A stretch of DNA of 64,000 nucleotides from Owenia fusiformis. Its lineage: Eukaryota. Location of the stretch: contig CAIIXF020000001.1 in NCBI GenBank assembly GCA_903813345.2, positions 10,726,001 to 10,790,000 on the forward strand, in the 5' to 3' direction. The first letter of the stretch is position 1; each line of letters begins with the position of its first letter. The notes under the pieces were generated by a model. It saw only the letters and a program-made list of their open reading frames with translations, ran no database searches and was not told where the DNA came from. Below, one piece after another: positions 38,401 to 50,975 of this stretch. Both the position numbers and the translations under genes were made by a program.

Positions 38401-41400
38401 GAATCTTGTGTTGGAGGGCCAGTTGTTGTTGGTGCCAGTTGTCAGAGAGGGGACCACCCCATCCTCGAATGTTACCCATCCTGGCCCTGAAGATTTAAAA
38501 CAGTAAATGCAGTCCCCTGAGTGTTATGTTAAAATAGAGAGTTATAAGCAAGTGGTATGTTTGTGGAGACGACTGTGTTTAATTCATCTTTTTAACTTAT
38601 TGCCTTTTGTCATGGGCGTAGCGCCTGTTACGCACAGAATGCCCGTGTGTACCAATTGTTTCAAGATTTTTCAAAAACTAGGCCTTTAAAAGCGTATTTA
38701 TTTATGATTGTTAATATTGTGTAAATAGGCAATTCTTCAGATAGCCAGATAATTTCTATATTTTGTAATCTTCAATTAATACAGTTTGTCCAAGCATATC
38801 CATCGATATCGTTTTGTTTTTCTGGTCCTTTAAAATCAATGTTTCAAGATAGATTCGACGCACTGTGCTTATTTCATGTCCACATGGACGATTTTGTAAT
38901 CAACAGAGAAAGTGTCTTAGATATATGGGCCAGAAGGAAGCCAAGGAGGCTTGCTTTAGCCTTGAACTGAGCTTTTGCCAGTTTACCATGGACATTACAT
39001 TTGACCTGAGACCCTTGGTGAAGACTGCAAATGAATTGGAAAAAATAAAATTTGCTAAAATGCATCAATTTATTTGCACATTTTCTGATAACTCCGTATT
39101 TTTAACGATTTTGTTTTGTCAGAATTGAATTATCTAAAGTTAAAAAAACACTCAGATTGTATCAAATAACGTCTCTGAAAAAAATTTGGCGGGGGAACAT
39201 GCCCCCGACCCCCAATATGCGCGGCCGTTGGCCACGCAGTCAGGCATCAGCGAGTGCGTACCAACTCAAAAAATAGCCCTACGCCCATGACAGTAAACAG
39301 ATATTTATGATATTCCATTTTAACAAATGATTCAAATGAAAACAAATATATGTACGAGGGGTGATCAGGAATTTCTGGACCGTTGGTTCTATTTTTGCCA
39401 TTTTCTATCCTTTCTTTGTGATTTGTTCACACAATATATATAGGATCACACCCTGAAGATTTCATTGTTCTATGACATCATTATCCTATTATTTTTGTTA
39501 CCATGGTAAGCGGTGATGCAACAAAGTGGAGCTCAGAAAAAATACCAAAGAAAAATCAACAGTAATTTTATATGATGTTTGGACACTGTATTCATTGCTG
39601 AATATTTGACTGTATTATAGGTTGTATTATTTCATTTAGTATTTTCATTAATGTTCATAGTAGCTGTCATTATTCTTCCATTAATTCTAATCCTTCAAAG
39701 AAGTTGCCAGCATTTTGTAAGCATTTGTTATGCCTTTTCACCTAGTCCCAAAAGATGTGATACAGGCCATCCTTGACTACTTTGTAACATGGTGTGTGAA
39801 TTCTCGAATGATCTCATTACTGTCCTCAAAGTTCACTGTTCCACAACTGGATGACTCTAACTGCAGTTAGCTTCATTCAAGATGGTGGACAAAATTCGTT
39901 CGTTTTCGATAAATCTCCAATTACAGCCAAACCAAGCTGAATCTTGATCCCAAAAGTTTCGCCATGCAAACTAATAAAGATATGATTGTAAACAACCACA
40001 AATAAAGGCTCACGCACCCGCGATATTAGAGAAATTGAAAGAAAACGGCTTCACTTAGAATGACTCTAACTGAAGTTAGTGATGACGTAGGAATGAAGCT
40101 AACTGAAACGGGGAATGAAGCTAACTCAATGGGATGAATATATGGACGGCCCTGTCTGTTGTTATAAGATATCTAAATGTTATTGACTGTTGTTATTGGT
40201 TGTAGCCATTTGTATTTTGACATGGAGTGAGTTTCTATTCAATCCCATGGCCGGTGATCGTAGAAATTGGACGGAGGGGGAGCAGACAAATTCTGGTAGA
40301 AATTTCAACAAATCTAGAAAATTTACTTTTTCAAGACAAAATTTAGTTTACGATTGAATGGCCAAATGAATAGGCTTACGGTATGGTAAAATATTGTAAG
40401 TATTCTAGGATTAAAGAATATGATGTAAAAGGCGAAATGCCGCAAACGTCCGAAAGTCAATGTTTTGCTAGTCAAGCAAGAATGGTCTACACGACCTGTA
40501 ATTAAAAAACGCCACCATGGAACATTGCAGTATTCTTATTTTAGGTTTACTGAAGACAGATACAGAGACCAGACTCCAACGGATAGGAACAACCAAACTA
40601 AAACCCCAACACAGAGAGATCACACAACACAACCGAACACAACCAAATAAACTCACCCGACTAGGCACAACCGACCACCTATCTTAACATAATCGGGCAC
40701 AACCCGCTACCACCCCTAATTTAACGATCAGGCACAACCAACCACATAACACAATCGGACTCAACCAGATACCTAACCTGACTGGGCACAACCTGCCCCC
40801 CGACCAGCATAACAAAATCACAACATAACACAACGCATTTTAAAATTAACATAACACAATAAGGCACAACTCGAAACCAGGCTAAATAAACAACCAGACA
40901 CAACCCAACTACAAGCCAACAACACAATACGACACAACCCAATACTACAACCTTAGTTTAACCTCCGAAAACACAACCAATTGTCAAATATACGCAACAC
41001 AATTTGGCACAACCAAATAATAAAACAACAAAACCAAAACACAACCCATAATGGACAAAGAACTACACAATTTTACACAAAACAATCAAAACACAATCAG
41101 GCACAACCGAACTGGAACACAAAAACACCCAACCAACACTCTCTGAAAACAACACCAATCACGCAACACAATCTGACACAACCACATACTTCATCCTACT
41201 GGGCACAACCCGCTACCGACCAGCACAACACAATTACAACATAACACAACCACTTTGAAATTAACATAACTTAATGAGACACAACCCGATACCAAACTTA
41301 CACAACACATCCAGGCTCAACCAGACAAACAACCACCAAAACACAATCGACTATCAAACTAACACAATGGAACACAACCAAACAACAAACCAACACAATA

Positions 41401-44400
41401 CAACATAGCCAACGAGACCGAATTCAAATCAACCCATTGTTGAATCATTACAACACAACCTGACACCAACCACAGTAACAGAGTCAGTCACAACCCAATA
41501 CTAAATCAATTAAATTACACTATTAAATACAATCAGGCACAATCTACAAACACAACCAAACTATGATACCAATTTACTTAGCACCCAACTAACTGTCTCC
41601 AACTGGAGACAATCCCAAAACAAAACCTAACCCAGCAAAACAACATTCTCTAGAAACCAATAACAATCCCGCGAAACGCGTAACCTGAACAGGAAAAAGT
41701 AGCCCTCACTATATTCTTAACCTTTTTTCTTTGGCCGCTGATGAGAAACATATCATGGAATACCCCCATGAGTTCGAAACATCTTGGGCCCTTATTATGA
41801 CCAACATATAAGGGAGAGGATCCGCAACAGGATCGAGATGTCCGGCCGCTCTACATTAATGACAATAGGAGATGTCACCACTAATGGCATCATCCTAGGA
41901 TCAACTAAATATACTCTACCTGTCACATAAGAACTGACAATGGTTTGGGGAAACTTAGATACTAGACCATATCTCCCAGGTCCAATCAACGAGACCTCTA
42001 ACCAATTACTCAGATGCGAGTAGTTAGTTACCAGTTTCGCCACCAGGTGGCTGAGTCGGGGGAAATAACATGGCAGGGTATTACAAAATTCCCTTAAACT
42101 TGAATATTCATCAGTTTTAGTGGTTCATTTTTCATACTACCCTTATGTATCTGATAGTTATACAAATTAAAATATGTCCAGTAAACTGGTAAAGGAAAAT
42201 ATTATCTGCTCAACACAAGAAAAGATATTTAACTTTTTGTGATTTTACAACATGGGCTCTATGGGGAATCCCCCCGACCTAGAATTCACATTTTCAAAGA
42301 AAACTAAATTTTCAAAGTTGATAAACTCTTTTCAAAACCACATTTCTAGATGTAATTCTAGGCTACATGTAGATTCCAAATATGACATCAGTTTGACTGA
42401 ATTTTGAATTTTTGATGACGTAAATCAAGATTATTTCTACTCGCATCTAGTCTATTGACACAGATTGCATGACCATGCGTGTCCATAAAAGGTAATGTCT
42501 CAAGACATGGTCTAAGCCACCACTCCCAACACTATACACCACACCAACTACTTAATATTTACACAGAACAATTAACCACCAGTACCATGGGAAGGCATCA
42601 TCTGTGGTCACGTGGTTACATAACAAGACAAAGCCCAGTGCGTATGGCAAAACACAGTCTCTCACAAATAATCTAATTAATTAAGGAAATGTGTTCGAAG
42701 TTTAAAAAAGGGATAATAAGAAGGTGAATTCTGTCATAAGCAATAATTTAGTAAACCGTATACACTTATATTATTTTGATAATGCACTGACTGAACAAAT
42801 AAAAATGAACATTGCCTTTAACTGCATGTCTTCAATATTCAGGTTGCTACATCATTGTATACAATATTGTTGCTTCACGATAAAAGAAACCCTTTTTATC
42901 CATCATTCGCTTACAATTTAGAATGATAATATTCTCCGGTGCTATTTGAATCGGGGGGGGGGGTGCTTTTTGATAGTTTTGTTTAGAAAATCGTGCGAAA
43001 AGTGCTCAGAGTGGTGAAAACCTGCGGGAATTAATTTCTGGCCAGGGAGGGGGAAACTACCGAACCTCCAGCTTCCCCTGGTTACGGAACTGCTTATTGG
43101 TAATTTGTATAGCCCATTATAAATCTCCATTCAGTTAGAGTCATCAATGGTGAAATCTGTGTTGGAGTTAGCTTCTTATCAACCTCAGTTAGAGTCATTC
43201 TAAGTGAAGCCGTTTTCTTTCAATTTCTCTAATATCGCGGGTGCTTGAGCCTTGATTTGTGGTTGTTTACAATTATATATTTTTTAGTTTGCATGGCGAA
43301 ACTTTTGGGATCAAGATTCAGCTTGGTTTGGCTGTAATTGGAGATTTATCGAAAACGAACGAATTTTGTCCACCATCTTGAATGAAGCTAACTGCAGTTA
43401 GAGTCATCCAGTTGTGGAACAGTGAAAGTTGATACCTCGTAATTTGTTTTTCACTGTGGGGAAAAGATAGAAATCATAGCCAGCTAAGTCTGGAGAATAC
43501 AGTGTGTGTGGTACACGGCCACAACCGATGAAATCAATCACATTTTGTAGGATAAGAGGGTCTGTATCACGTCTTTCAGAACTGGGTGAAAAGGCATAAC
43601 AAATACTTACAAAATAATGCTAACTACTTTGAAGGATTAGAATTGACGAATAATGACAGCTACTATGAACATTAATGAAAATACTTAATGAAATAATACA
43701 ACCTACTACAGTACATGTATGTCACATATTCAGCAATGAATACAGTGTCCAAACATCATATGAAATTACTGTTGATTTTTCAAACTCTAGTATTTTTCCT
43801 GAGCTCCACCTTGGTGCGTTACAGATTACCATGGTAACGAAAATAACAGGATAATGATGTCATAGAACAGTGAAATACTCATGGTGTGATCCTATATATT
43901 TGGGTTATATTGTGTGAAAAAATCACTAAGAAAGGATAAAAATGGCAAAAATAGAGCCAACGGTCCAGAAATTCCTGATCACCCCTCGTACAAATAGAAA
44001 ACTAATATATTTACCAAGCAAAAAATGCAGGACCACCAAAATGTTCATCAACCTCTGCTCTTGTTAGGCCTAACTTCATATAAACCTACATTGAAATCAA
44101 CACTAAAATACTCTACATTATCAAAATCATTTAAAGTTTTTAATTTATGTTTAGAAGCATCTTTGGTTCTCTCTATTTGCAGCTGTTAAATGGGTGAATA
44201 TGGTCGAGAGAAGTTATACATCTTTTAATAGGAAGACAGTGGTTTATTTTGCATGTAGCATGCTTATAAGGAAAAGTTGATACTTCATGCATTAGTGAGT
44301 GCTTTACATGACATTGAATATTTGTTAAAATTAGTTTGTGATGTTGTGTTTTTCATGTTTATAAAACCAAAGCTAAGCATTTTTAATTTACCACTATCAG

Positions 44401-47400
44401 ATATTAGTGGTATATGTATTAAATGAATTAACAATGTATGAGATATCATACCTTTTGCCATATGGCTTCCTGCCCATTGAAAGCAAGTGGTAGGTTAATA
44501 CCACTGAGAGCCATCCAATCAATCTCTTCCTCCCATCTTGCCCAGTCCCACCAAGCGAATGAGTAACTCACTGTACACACATTCTGATAGTAACGGAACC
44601 TGGTGAAAAATCAGATTTTGCATTTGGAAAGAATTTAATAAGAATGCACAAGACATCATATTGTATTAGAGTCATGACATGGAAACTAAACAAAAGATGC
44701 TAAATCAGTCGATCTGAACCAACATTCATATTTAAATATGTGTGAGAATGCCATAAAAGATATGATTAGACACTAATGTAAATGTAAACTTTGATTTTTT
44801 TGTCAGAACAAAATTAAATAAAATTGTTCCTAAGTAGATGTACTCAATTCAAAGAAATGAAAGGAATAAGCATTGTATCTAAGAACCTATCATTTGATGT
44901 CTTCTTCACTCCAGGGTATGGTACTCGAGGCATGGGGGTGGGAATATTGAGCTGTCTCCCTCCCCAGGATATGTGGCACCCACAATAATACTTAAGGTAA
45001 TAATGCAAGCCCCAGGCAGCAGCTACTCCACTAGTGCCCTGGATTTGTAGCTGGCCACTCATAGTTGAGATCTGCATGGAGATAGAAAACTCTTTAACTG
45101 TTTTAATTTAATAATGATTATTCATCCTAAACTACAATAAAGTACAATAATAAAGTAAACTTTTAAAGGTCTAGTCTAGGTTGAATACATAAGTGTGATG
45201 ACAGGCACATGTATACAATTAAAAAATATATATTTCAATAGAAATCATGCTGAAATGGATTTGATCTCAAACCTGGAAGGTGTCTTTATTGACAGGTCCT
45301 AACTTTTTATCCACTGACACATAAAAACTGTTGGTGAGGTTGGGAAGTAGTCGACCAATCATATCCATGACAGCCTTTGCCTGTTGCTGTTCTGGGGTAT
45401 CTGTCACCAAGTGGTCAAGAGTTGGGAATTCTAAAATGAAGGCATAATTTTCTTAAATGTCGGGTTCCTAGAATTAGATCTAGCATAAGCAACCTCTACA
45501 AAAAAACGACCTAAGCCAGAACATAAAGTGTTACATGTTAATGATTCATAGAGACTGTATGTAATTCCTAGAGTGCAATTTCCAGGTGAATTCAATAGGG
45601 AAATAATCAAATTGTGTCTTCAGATTAACTTTGCTCTCTTTTCAGAGGAATTTGAGAAAATGTGCTGAGTAAGCCACTCCTGCTAAGTAAAACAAAAATA
45701 TTATAAATATTTTATGATGCTGCATGTATGCCTAATATTGATATCACAAAATCATATACTGTTAACTGTAGTGACATTTGGTTGGCAAAACATTTATCTT
45801 TTCATTCACATTGCTTCTAGTTTCCAGGTTCAGTGCAATATACAGATTTGCAAAATTGCAAGCTTTATTGACAGCTGCAGAAATAATATCCATGGTTTTA
45901 TTCTTTCAGATAAGTAATAATTTTAAAGCTTTATTGATTTAATTTTGTCAAGTAAAGTTTCTTTATGAAATGAGCTGATTTGCAAAGAAATTGAATTTTA
46001 TTCATGCATTCAGATTTAATTAATTGGGCTGCCATGTGTTAGCTCACTTCTCATTATTTCATGATTTATATGGCAACATGCAATGGGTTTCAAATGAGTC
46101 TGGGTCCTTTAACAGTACATATATGAATTACCTCCGTCACATATGCTATTTGGTATTATTTCCATGCCCAATAGCAATTCTATGGCTACAGTAGAGATTC
46201 TATGGTCAGGAGATACATTAGCAGTCACATTTGGTATATGGAGAAATCAAATTAAAAATTTATTTTAATAAAAGATAATCAAAACGTTGTTCCAGGGCTT
46301 CCTCAATATCATTATGTGCAATTTTTTCAAAGTATCTCTTAATAAGAATGTTTCCATGTAAAGTTGAAGTTTGTGCTAGTACTTTTCCAAAACCTGACAG
46401 TCCTTCGTAGTGCTTACATAGAATGTACATTTTGTAGCAATCATGTTTGTCAAGCCTATTTGAAAAGGTGTTTCCAGTCTGAATGTATACATCAACACTA
46501 CATTAGAATCATGATGTAATGATTTTGTATTTTTCCATTTTGCTTATGACTGTATATTTGTATATAAAACACATTTAAATAACTGTATAGTGACCCACGT
46601 GTCGGAGAGACTGACATATATAAGAGTCAATAAAAGAATATATATATATATATATACATGGATTGTTTATACATCATGTACATGTACATGCATTTCCTCT
46701 ATTCAAAATGACAGTGTGGCTCTCAACAAGTATACAAATCACTTACCTCTGCATGAGACATTGTCACCACATAGAATTATGAGCAGCCCAGAAAGGCATA
46801 TGGCAACCTGAAAATTGAAAAATGATTCCCAGATGTACATGTAGATATCCTTTACATGCTACATGTACTCTTTCTGGGCATTAATCAAACATAAAAATAA
46901 GCAATCATAGGATCCCAAAATTACGAGAGGCCCCAGGGTTGCTGCACAATTAAAACTATTTTTTCCGAAATACTCAAATATTTTGCATCTAAGGTATCAA
47001 TGTATTTTTCCAAATAGTATTGTATTATGGTCCTTTGATTGCCTATTTCTATGGTTTGATTCATGGACTTAGAAAAAGACAGGAAACTCCAATTAATTTA
47101 ACAACTGTCTCAACCTCAAAAACAGCATTACATAAAAGTCTGCCCTATAAAGATATCCTGAAGTACAAAAGGTATCTTTGCACAAATGGTCTCATTTGAA
47201 ACCATGATAAGGTTAAAGTGGGAACAATTTCCGCTCAAGTTGTATTCAATGATCCCGGCATGTTGAAAAAATACTTTGAATAACGTTACAAGACTTCAGA
47301 AACTGTCTATTTATTATTTTTGCAACTAAAACTTGTCCACACACATCTTTTGATAGGTAACAGGGAGAGAAAATTCACCAATTTCATCGTCTTCTTCACA

Positions 47401-48652
47401 TATGCCATTTCTCACTATGAATACTGGGAAATTATGAAAAAACTTGTGAAAGTGCTTGTGCGGTCCAGCGAGTTAAGCGCTGATATCGATAGATGGCGTA
47501 TGTAAATAAAAAGTTGTTAATGATGGTGTCAGTCGAAAAGACAAGCCAAGTCTACTGTACATAAAAATAATAGTCAAACATATAGGTGAAGATAAACGCA
47601 GATAATGTTACATGTACATGTATGTTATGAATTCAACGTTGGAATGTACCCCTAATCGCTCCTTCAGTCAAAATGTAAAAATTGTGAATTAGGAATTTCA
47701 AAAATTTGTCAGTTCTACTGGTTGATAAATATGGCCACATCCATACATTTTAATAAAATAAGAATAAGGAAGAATAGATGTTAAACCAAACATCAACCTG
47801 TTAGCTCAGAAAAAGGTAAAATTTGTTCATTTTTTCTAGATGGGCTTTGTTGAACCTTTAAATTGGTAACTTTATGTATATTCAATGTACAGCGAGTATA
47901 CTGAGTATACATTTTAATAGATACTGTTTCAATTGCAAAGAACAATTCCTTAAACCATTCTTGGAAATATTTTGAATAATGCTTTTTTAACCAAGTTTCT
48001 TTAGTATAATCTAGGCTGAACTTCAGTCCATTTCAATGAATTGGACAATGGTTTGTGTGTCAATAAAACTTCAAAAATGATGGGGCCCAATAATTGCGAT
48101 CAAAAGACCAAAGTGCTGTTTCATATGGGGAAATATTTATACATTCATATAAGCAAAACATTAGTTTATTCCAGAAAAATTAGTTTAATGTGCCTCTTGT
48201 AAATTAGGAAGTTTCAGCCATATTAATTTTTTGAAAATTACTTGTCACAGAGAAGCATCAAAATACAAGAGGCCACATTTTTATAGGCCAATCCACAAGC
48301 AATCAAGGATGTACAAATGTGTTTCACATAAAATACGAATGCATTTTTCTCCTGATACTGCATAGTGGTCTTTTGGTTGATAATTTTTTAAGGTTTTACT
48401 TTTAGATGCATATGACCCAAATTGCCCAAATTGGGCAAAATGAAAAATAGAAAAAAAATTATCAGCAACACAGAACCTCATTTTATAGTCATACTCGACA
48501 ATGCATAGGTATCAAAAATATGTTACAAGTTTTGAGGATGATTAGAAGAAGCCAATTGTGCATTTTGATACATAATGTTTGCTCGAACAAGTATCATAAT
48601 TAACAGAAGAATAATTTAAACAAATATTTACCTGAAAAGACATTGACGCCAT
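26471..48652 (-). CDS. NAGLU: Alpha-N-acetylglucosaminidase (GH89), complete gene, about 797 aa, 21 exons
   Basis: Exons in transcript order: 48632-48652, 46747-46807, 45273-45430, 44887-45071, 44452-44599, 44015-44085, 38325-38486, 37987-38052, 37153-37216, 36389-36537, 35927-36005, 35525-35674, 35090-35232, 34430-34502, [one of four variants], 29372-29463, 28623-28727, 28038-28221, 27468-27569, 27017-27116, 26471-26661. All introns are GT-AG and phase-consistent. Motifs: [47 protein letters not shown] and TPEGI (the two catalytic Glu), [52 protein letters not shown]. Confidence 0.95.
27624..27736. mobile_element. 113-bp pogo/Tigger-type mini-element
   Basis: TA|CAGTAACACCTG...CAGGTTTTACTG|TA with internal AACACC repeats; same terminus type as the element at 49821-54027. 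Confidence 0.6.
29940..30029 (-). CDS. NAGLU: NAGLU alternative exon 15d ([30 protein letters not shown])
   Basis: TGCTAG acceptor, GTAGGT donor, 90 nt, phase 0-0; shares SGILN with 15a. Confidence 0.78.
30611..30700 (-). CDS. NAGLU: NAGLU alternative exon 15c ([30 protein letters not shown])
   Basis: ATCTAG acceptor, GTGAGT donor, 90 nt, phase 0-0. Confidence 0.78.
31241..31327 (-). CDS. NAGLU: NAGLU alternative exon 15b ([29 protein letters not shown])
   Basis: CCGTAG acceptor, GTGAGT donor, 87 nt, phase 0-0; clearly paralogous to 15c. Confidence 0.75.
31639..32400. mobile_element. Helentron-associated (HINE/DINE-1/pearl-like) non-autonomous element
   Basis: Begins AACTAGA, has internal GCCATTTTGAA repeats and a (GACG/GACA/GACT)n microsatellite at ~32307-32356, and ends in a stem-loop CCCTACCGAACTTCGTTTGTTGGG followed by an A-run. 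Confidence 0.6.
32563..33100. mobile_element. TA-flanked MITE (Tc1/mariner/pogo superfamily)
   Basis: TA|CTGTACGCCCGGTATTATTCGCG...CGCGAATAATACCCGGCGTACAG|TA; internal 31-bp tandem duplication at ~32750-32820. Confidence 0.75.
33859..33948 (-). CDS. NAGLU: NAGLU alternative exon 15a ([30 protein letters not shown])
   Basis: CTCTAG acceptor, GTATGT donor, 90 nt, phase 0-0, no stop; matches the S-V-Y-N-C...R-P-S segment of NAGLU. Confidence 0.75.
36544..37027. repeat. Tandem repeat, about 161-bp unit, 3 near-identical copies, abutting a NAGLU splice acceptor
   Basis: Units start at ~36544, 36705 and 36867 with AAAATAATTATGAAATGTTCCCTAA. Confidence 0.95.
38611..39289. mobile_element. Probable MITE with CATGGGCGTAG termini
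   Basis: Inverted TGTCATGGGCGTAG / CTACGCCCATGACA; no clear TSD. Confidence 0.5.
39834..43424. mobile_element. Non-autonomous DNA transposon with CACTG termini, about 240-bp near-identical TIRs and a 6-bp TSD
   Basis: AAAGTT|CACTGTTCCACAACTGGATGACTCTAAC...GTTAGAGTCATCCAGTTGTGGAACAGTG|AAAGTT; internal ACAAC-rich tract; no transposase ORF. Confidence 0.85.
40560..41660. repeat. Degenerate (ACAAC/ACACAACC)-rich low-complexity array
   Basis: Strong A/C strand skew with recurring GGCACAACC and ACACAACC units. Confidence 0.85.
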
Positions 48653-48670
48653 TTTGGACAGTCATGTGAT
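48645..48670 (-). promoter_or_regulatory. Candidate NAGLU promoter motifs: M-box/CLEAR-like GTCATGTGAT (48661-48670) and YY1-like GCCATTTT over the start codon
   Basis: TCATGTGA lies about 9 bp upstream of the ATG; AAAATGGCG spans the ATG. Motif match only. Confidence 0.45.
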
Positions 48671-48853
48671 GGAATAGTCTCAGACCAAAATCGAATCATT
48701 AACATCAACAAATATATTACGTATTGATATATCTGGAGGCAATGTAATAAAAAGATTATCATTATTTATTCAATGAAAATGTAAATCACATATATGTTTT
48801 ATTTCGAATGGCTTTATTTACAAATATTAAGGAATCTTACATTTTCGGTCGTC

Positions 48854-48925
48854 GGGGATGTAGCTCAGCGGTAGAGCGCTTGCTTCGCATGTAAGAGGCC
48901 CCGGGTTCAAATCCCGGCATCTCCA
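48854..48925 (+). tRNA. trnA-CGC: tRNA-Ala (anticodon CGC)
   Basis: 72-nt cloverleaf GGGGATG...CATCTCCA with G3:U70 pair, A box TAGCTCAGCGG, anticodon arm CTTGC-TTCGCAT-GTAAG, B box GGTTCAAATCC, and TTTT terminator at 48931. Confidence 0.97.
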
Positions 48926-50181
48926 TACTGTTTTGAAAAATTCAATATTGTTCTGACAATCACAATCCCCAGACTATCACAATCGCTGGCAATCACAGGG
49001 AGAAACGGGAAATTGAAAAAAACTACTTCAGATTTTAGAAACTCAAAAGCTTTCATTGGTGTCTTTCACTCATCTCAAACTAGAAAGGAAACCACATTCT
49101 GTTTTGTAAGATACATTAGAAACGTGTCTTCTAGAAGGCCATGATTTCCTATGAAACTCTTGATCATGCCATTTTTCAATAAATCGTTGAGAAAGATTTA
49201 TTGATTATTATTCTCATTCCATTGAGCATTGATTGAAATGGAAAACAAGTAGTCATACAAGAGCCATGGACTGATTACAGTAAACTTTTAAATGTTTGGA
49301 AAAAATATTGGGCCAAAAAAGGCCCCAAAAAGTGGGCCTTTTTGGTCATTTCTGGGCCTTTAAAAGCCTTATTTTTTAATTTCAGGCCAAATTTTGAAGA
49401 AAATGGGCCTCAAAATTTCAAAATTTGGGCCCACTTTTGGGTTTTAGTTTTTTTCTCTGATCTGAAATTTGCCCCCCCCCCCCCGTTTGTTGGTTCCCAG
49501 ATCCGCCCCTGCAAAATAAGCAATCAAATGACTATATTGCAACAGTATATGAAAAAATAGAAACATATGTACAAGTCCTATATTTCAGATAGTTATGTAT
49601 AATGTGCAGCAAATCTGTGGCCTTTTGTAATTTAGGGAGTTTCAGCCATCTTAATTTCGAAAATAACATGGCAGAGAAGCATCAAAATATAAGAGGCCAC
49701 AGATATGATAGCTAAACTACAAAACAAACTAAAATATACAAACGTTAGGACATGTTTCTACTTTTACATATTCTGTTTCAATATGGTGCTTTAATTGCTT
49801 ACTTTTTAAGATTCAAAGTACAGTAAAACCTGTATATCTGAACACCTGGCTAATCCGAACACCTTCCAATTTGAATACTTTTTTCGGTCCCATTTTTTCC
49901 TCCCATTGACTCCCATGTTAAATGAACCTTGAAATCTGAACACCTCCTAATCTGAACAGTGAACAACCAGATATGAAAAAGTGACCTGTCTAATCTGAAC
50001 ATTTTTATCAGAAATCAAATGTCTGGACATTTCAATAATAGCCACATATTGAGTCAATGTTATTGTTGTTATTTATCTTTACATATACATGTACAATGTA
50101 ATCAAAGAACCAATAAAAAGGCCTTTGACAGTACATGGATACGAGGCCTGTTCCATAAGTTATATAATTGTGGTATAAATG

Positions 50182-50953
50182 CACGGGGTACCATCGAATA
50201 ATTTTGGCAACGTACCGGAGAACGACATTTTACTAAGAAATGGCAATAATTTAGCACAACATATTTTTTAACTAGAGTTCTATTTTGATTTTGACAAAAG
50301 TAAGTATTCCATGCAATAACTATTTCATTCATGAGTTTGTAGGAATTCTGTTGGAACCCAGTTCTGATCAAGTACGAAGTTATTGAAATCGGCGCAGACG
50401 GACTTTACTCCGAAAGATGGTTTTTCGATTATAACTTAAAAACATACGGGATTGTTCGAATGCGTATTTATTAATATACATGCTTTAAATCATATATTTC
50501 ATTTTTTTAAATTATATAATTCAACTGATCTGCTCCGGTTACGTTCCCAGCTCCGGTTACGTTCCTAAGTAATATTTTTAAAACTTTTTTTTTAATTAAA
50601 CAAATCAGAGTCGTGTGAATCGGAAATAACAGAATTATTCAATAGTATAAGGACTATTCTGTACTTTTTTCAAAAGTCTATACTTAAATGTTGTAAAAAG
50701 TTATAATCGAAAAACCATCTTTCGGAGTAAAGTCCGACTGCGCCGATTTCAATAACTTCGTACTTGATCAGAACTGGGTTCCAACAGAATTCCTACAAAC
50801 TCAGGATTGAAATAGCCATTGCATGGAATACTTACTTTTGTCAAAATCAAAGTAGAACTCTAGTTAAAAAATATATTGTGCTAAATTATTGCCATTTCTT
50901 AGTAAAATGTCGTTCTCCGGTACGTTGCCAAAATTAATCGATGGTACCCCGTG
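50182..50953. mobile_element. Transib-like MITE inserted in the LINE RT
   Basis: AAATG|CACGGGGTACCATCG...CGATGGTACCCCGTG|AAATG; about 260-bp TIRs; 5-bp TSD. Confidence 0.85.
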
Positions 50954-50975
50954 AAATGGTTTATGTTGGAGGCTC

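Larger units (their letters stand above)
39355..43988. mobile_element. Mariner-type non-autonomous element with long TIRs, split by a nested 3.6-kb insertion
   Basis: TA|CGAGGGGTGATCAGGAATTTCTGGACCGTTGG...CCAACGGTCCAGAAATTCCTGATCACCCCTCG|TA; inverted similarity extends about 430 bp. Confidence 0.85.

Noticed and set aside
40465-41244. Thr/Gln/Asn-rich and Cys/Val-rich ORFs
   Set aside because: Translations of the ACAAC low-complexity tract inside a transposon.
48854-48925. tRNA as the head of a SINE
   Set aside because: Perfect cloverleaf with an immediate T-run terminator and no SINE body or tail; treated as a genuine tRNA.
48200-49745. Diverged direct repeat (~48200-48320 and ~49628-49745) flanking NAGLU exon 1 and the tRNA
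   Set aside because: Looks like two old fragments of a dispersed repeat, with no LTR or TSD features indicating a composite element.
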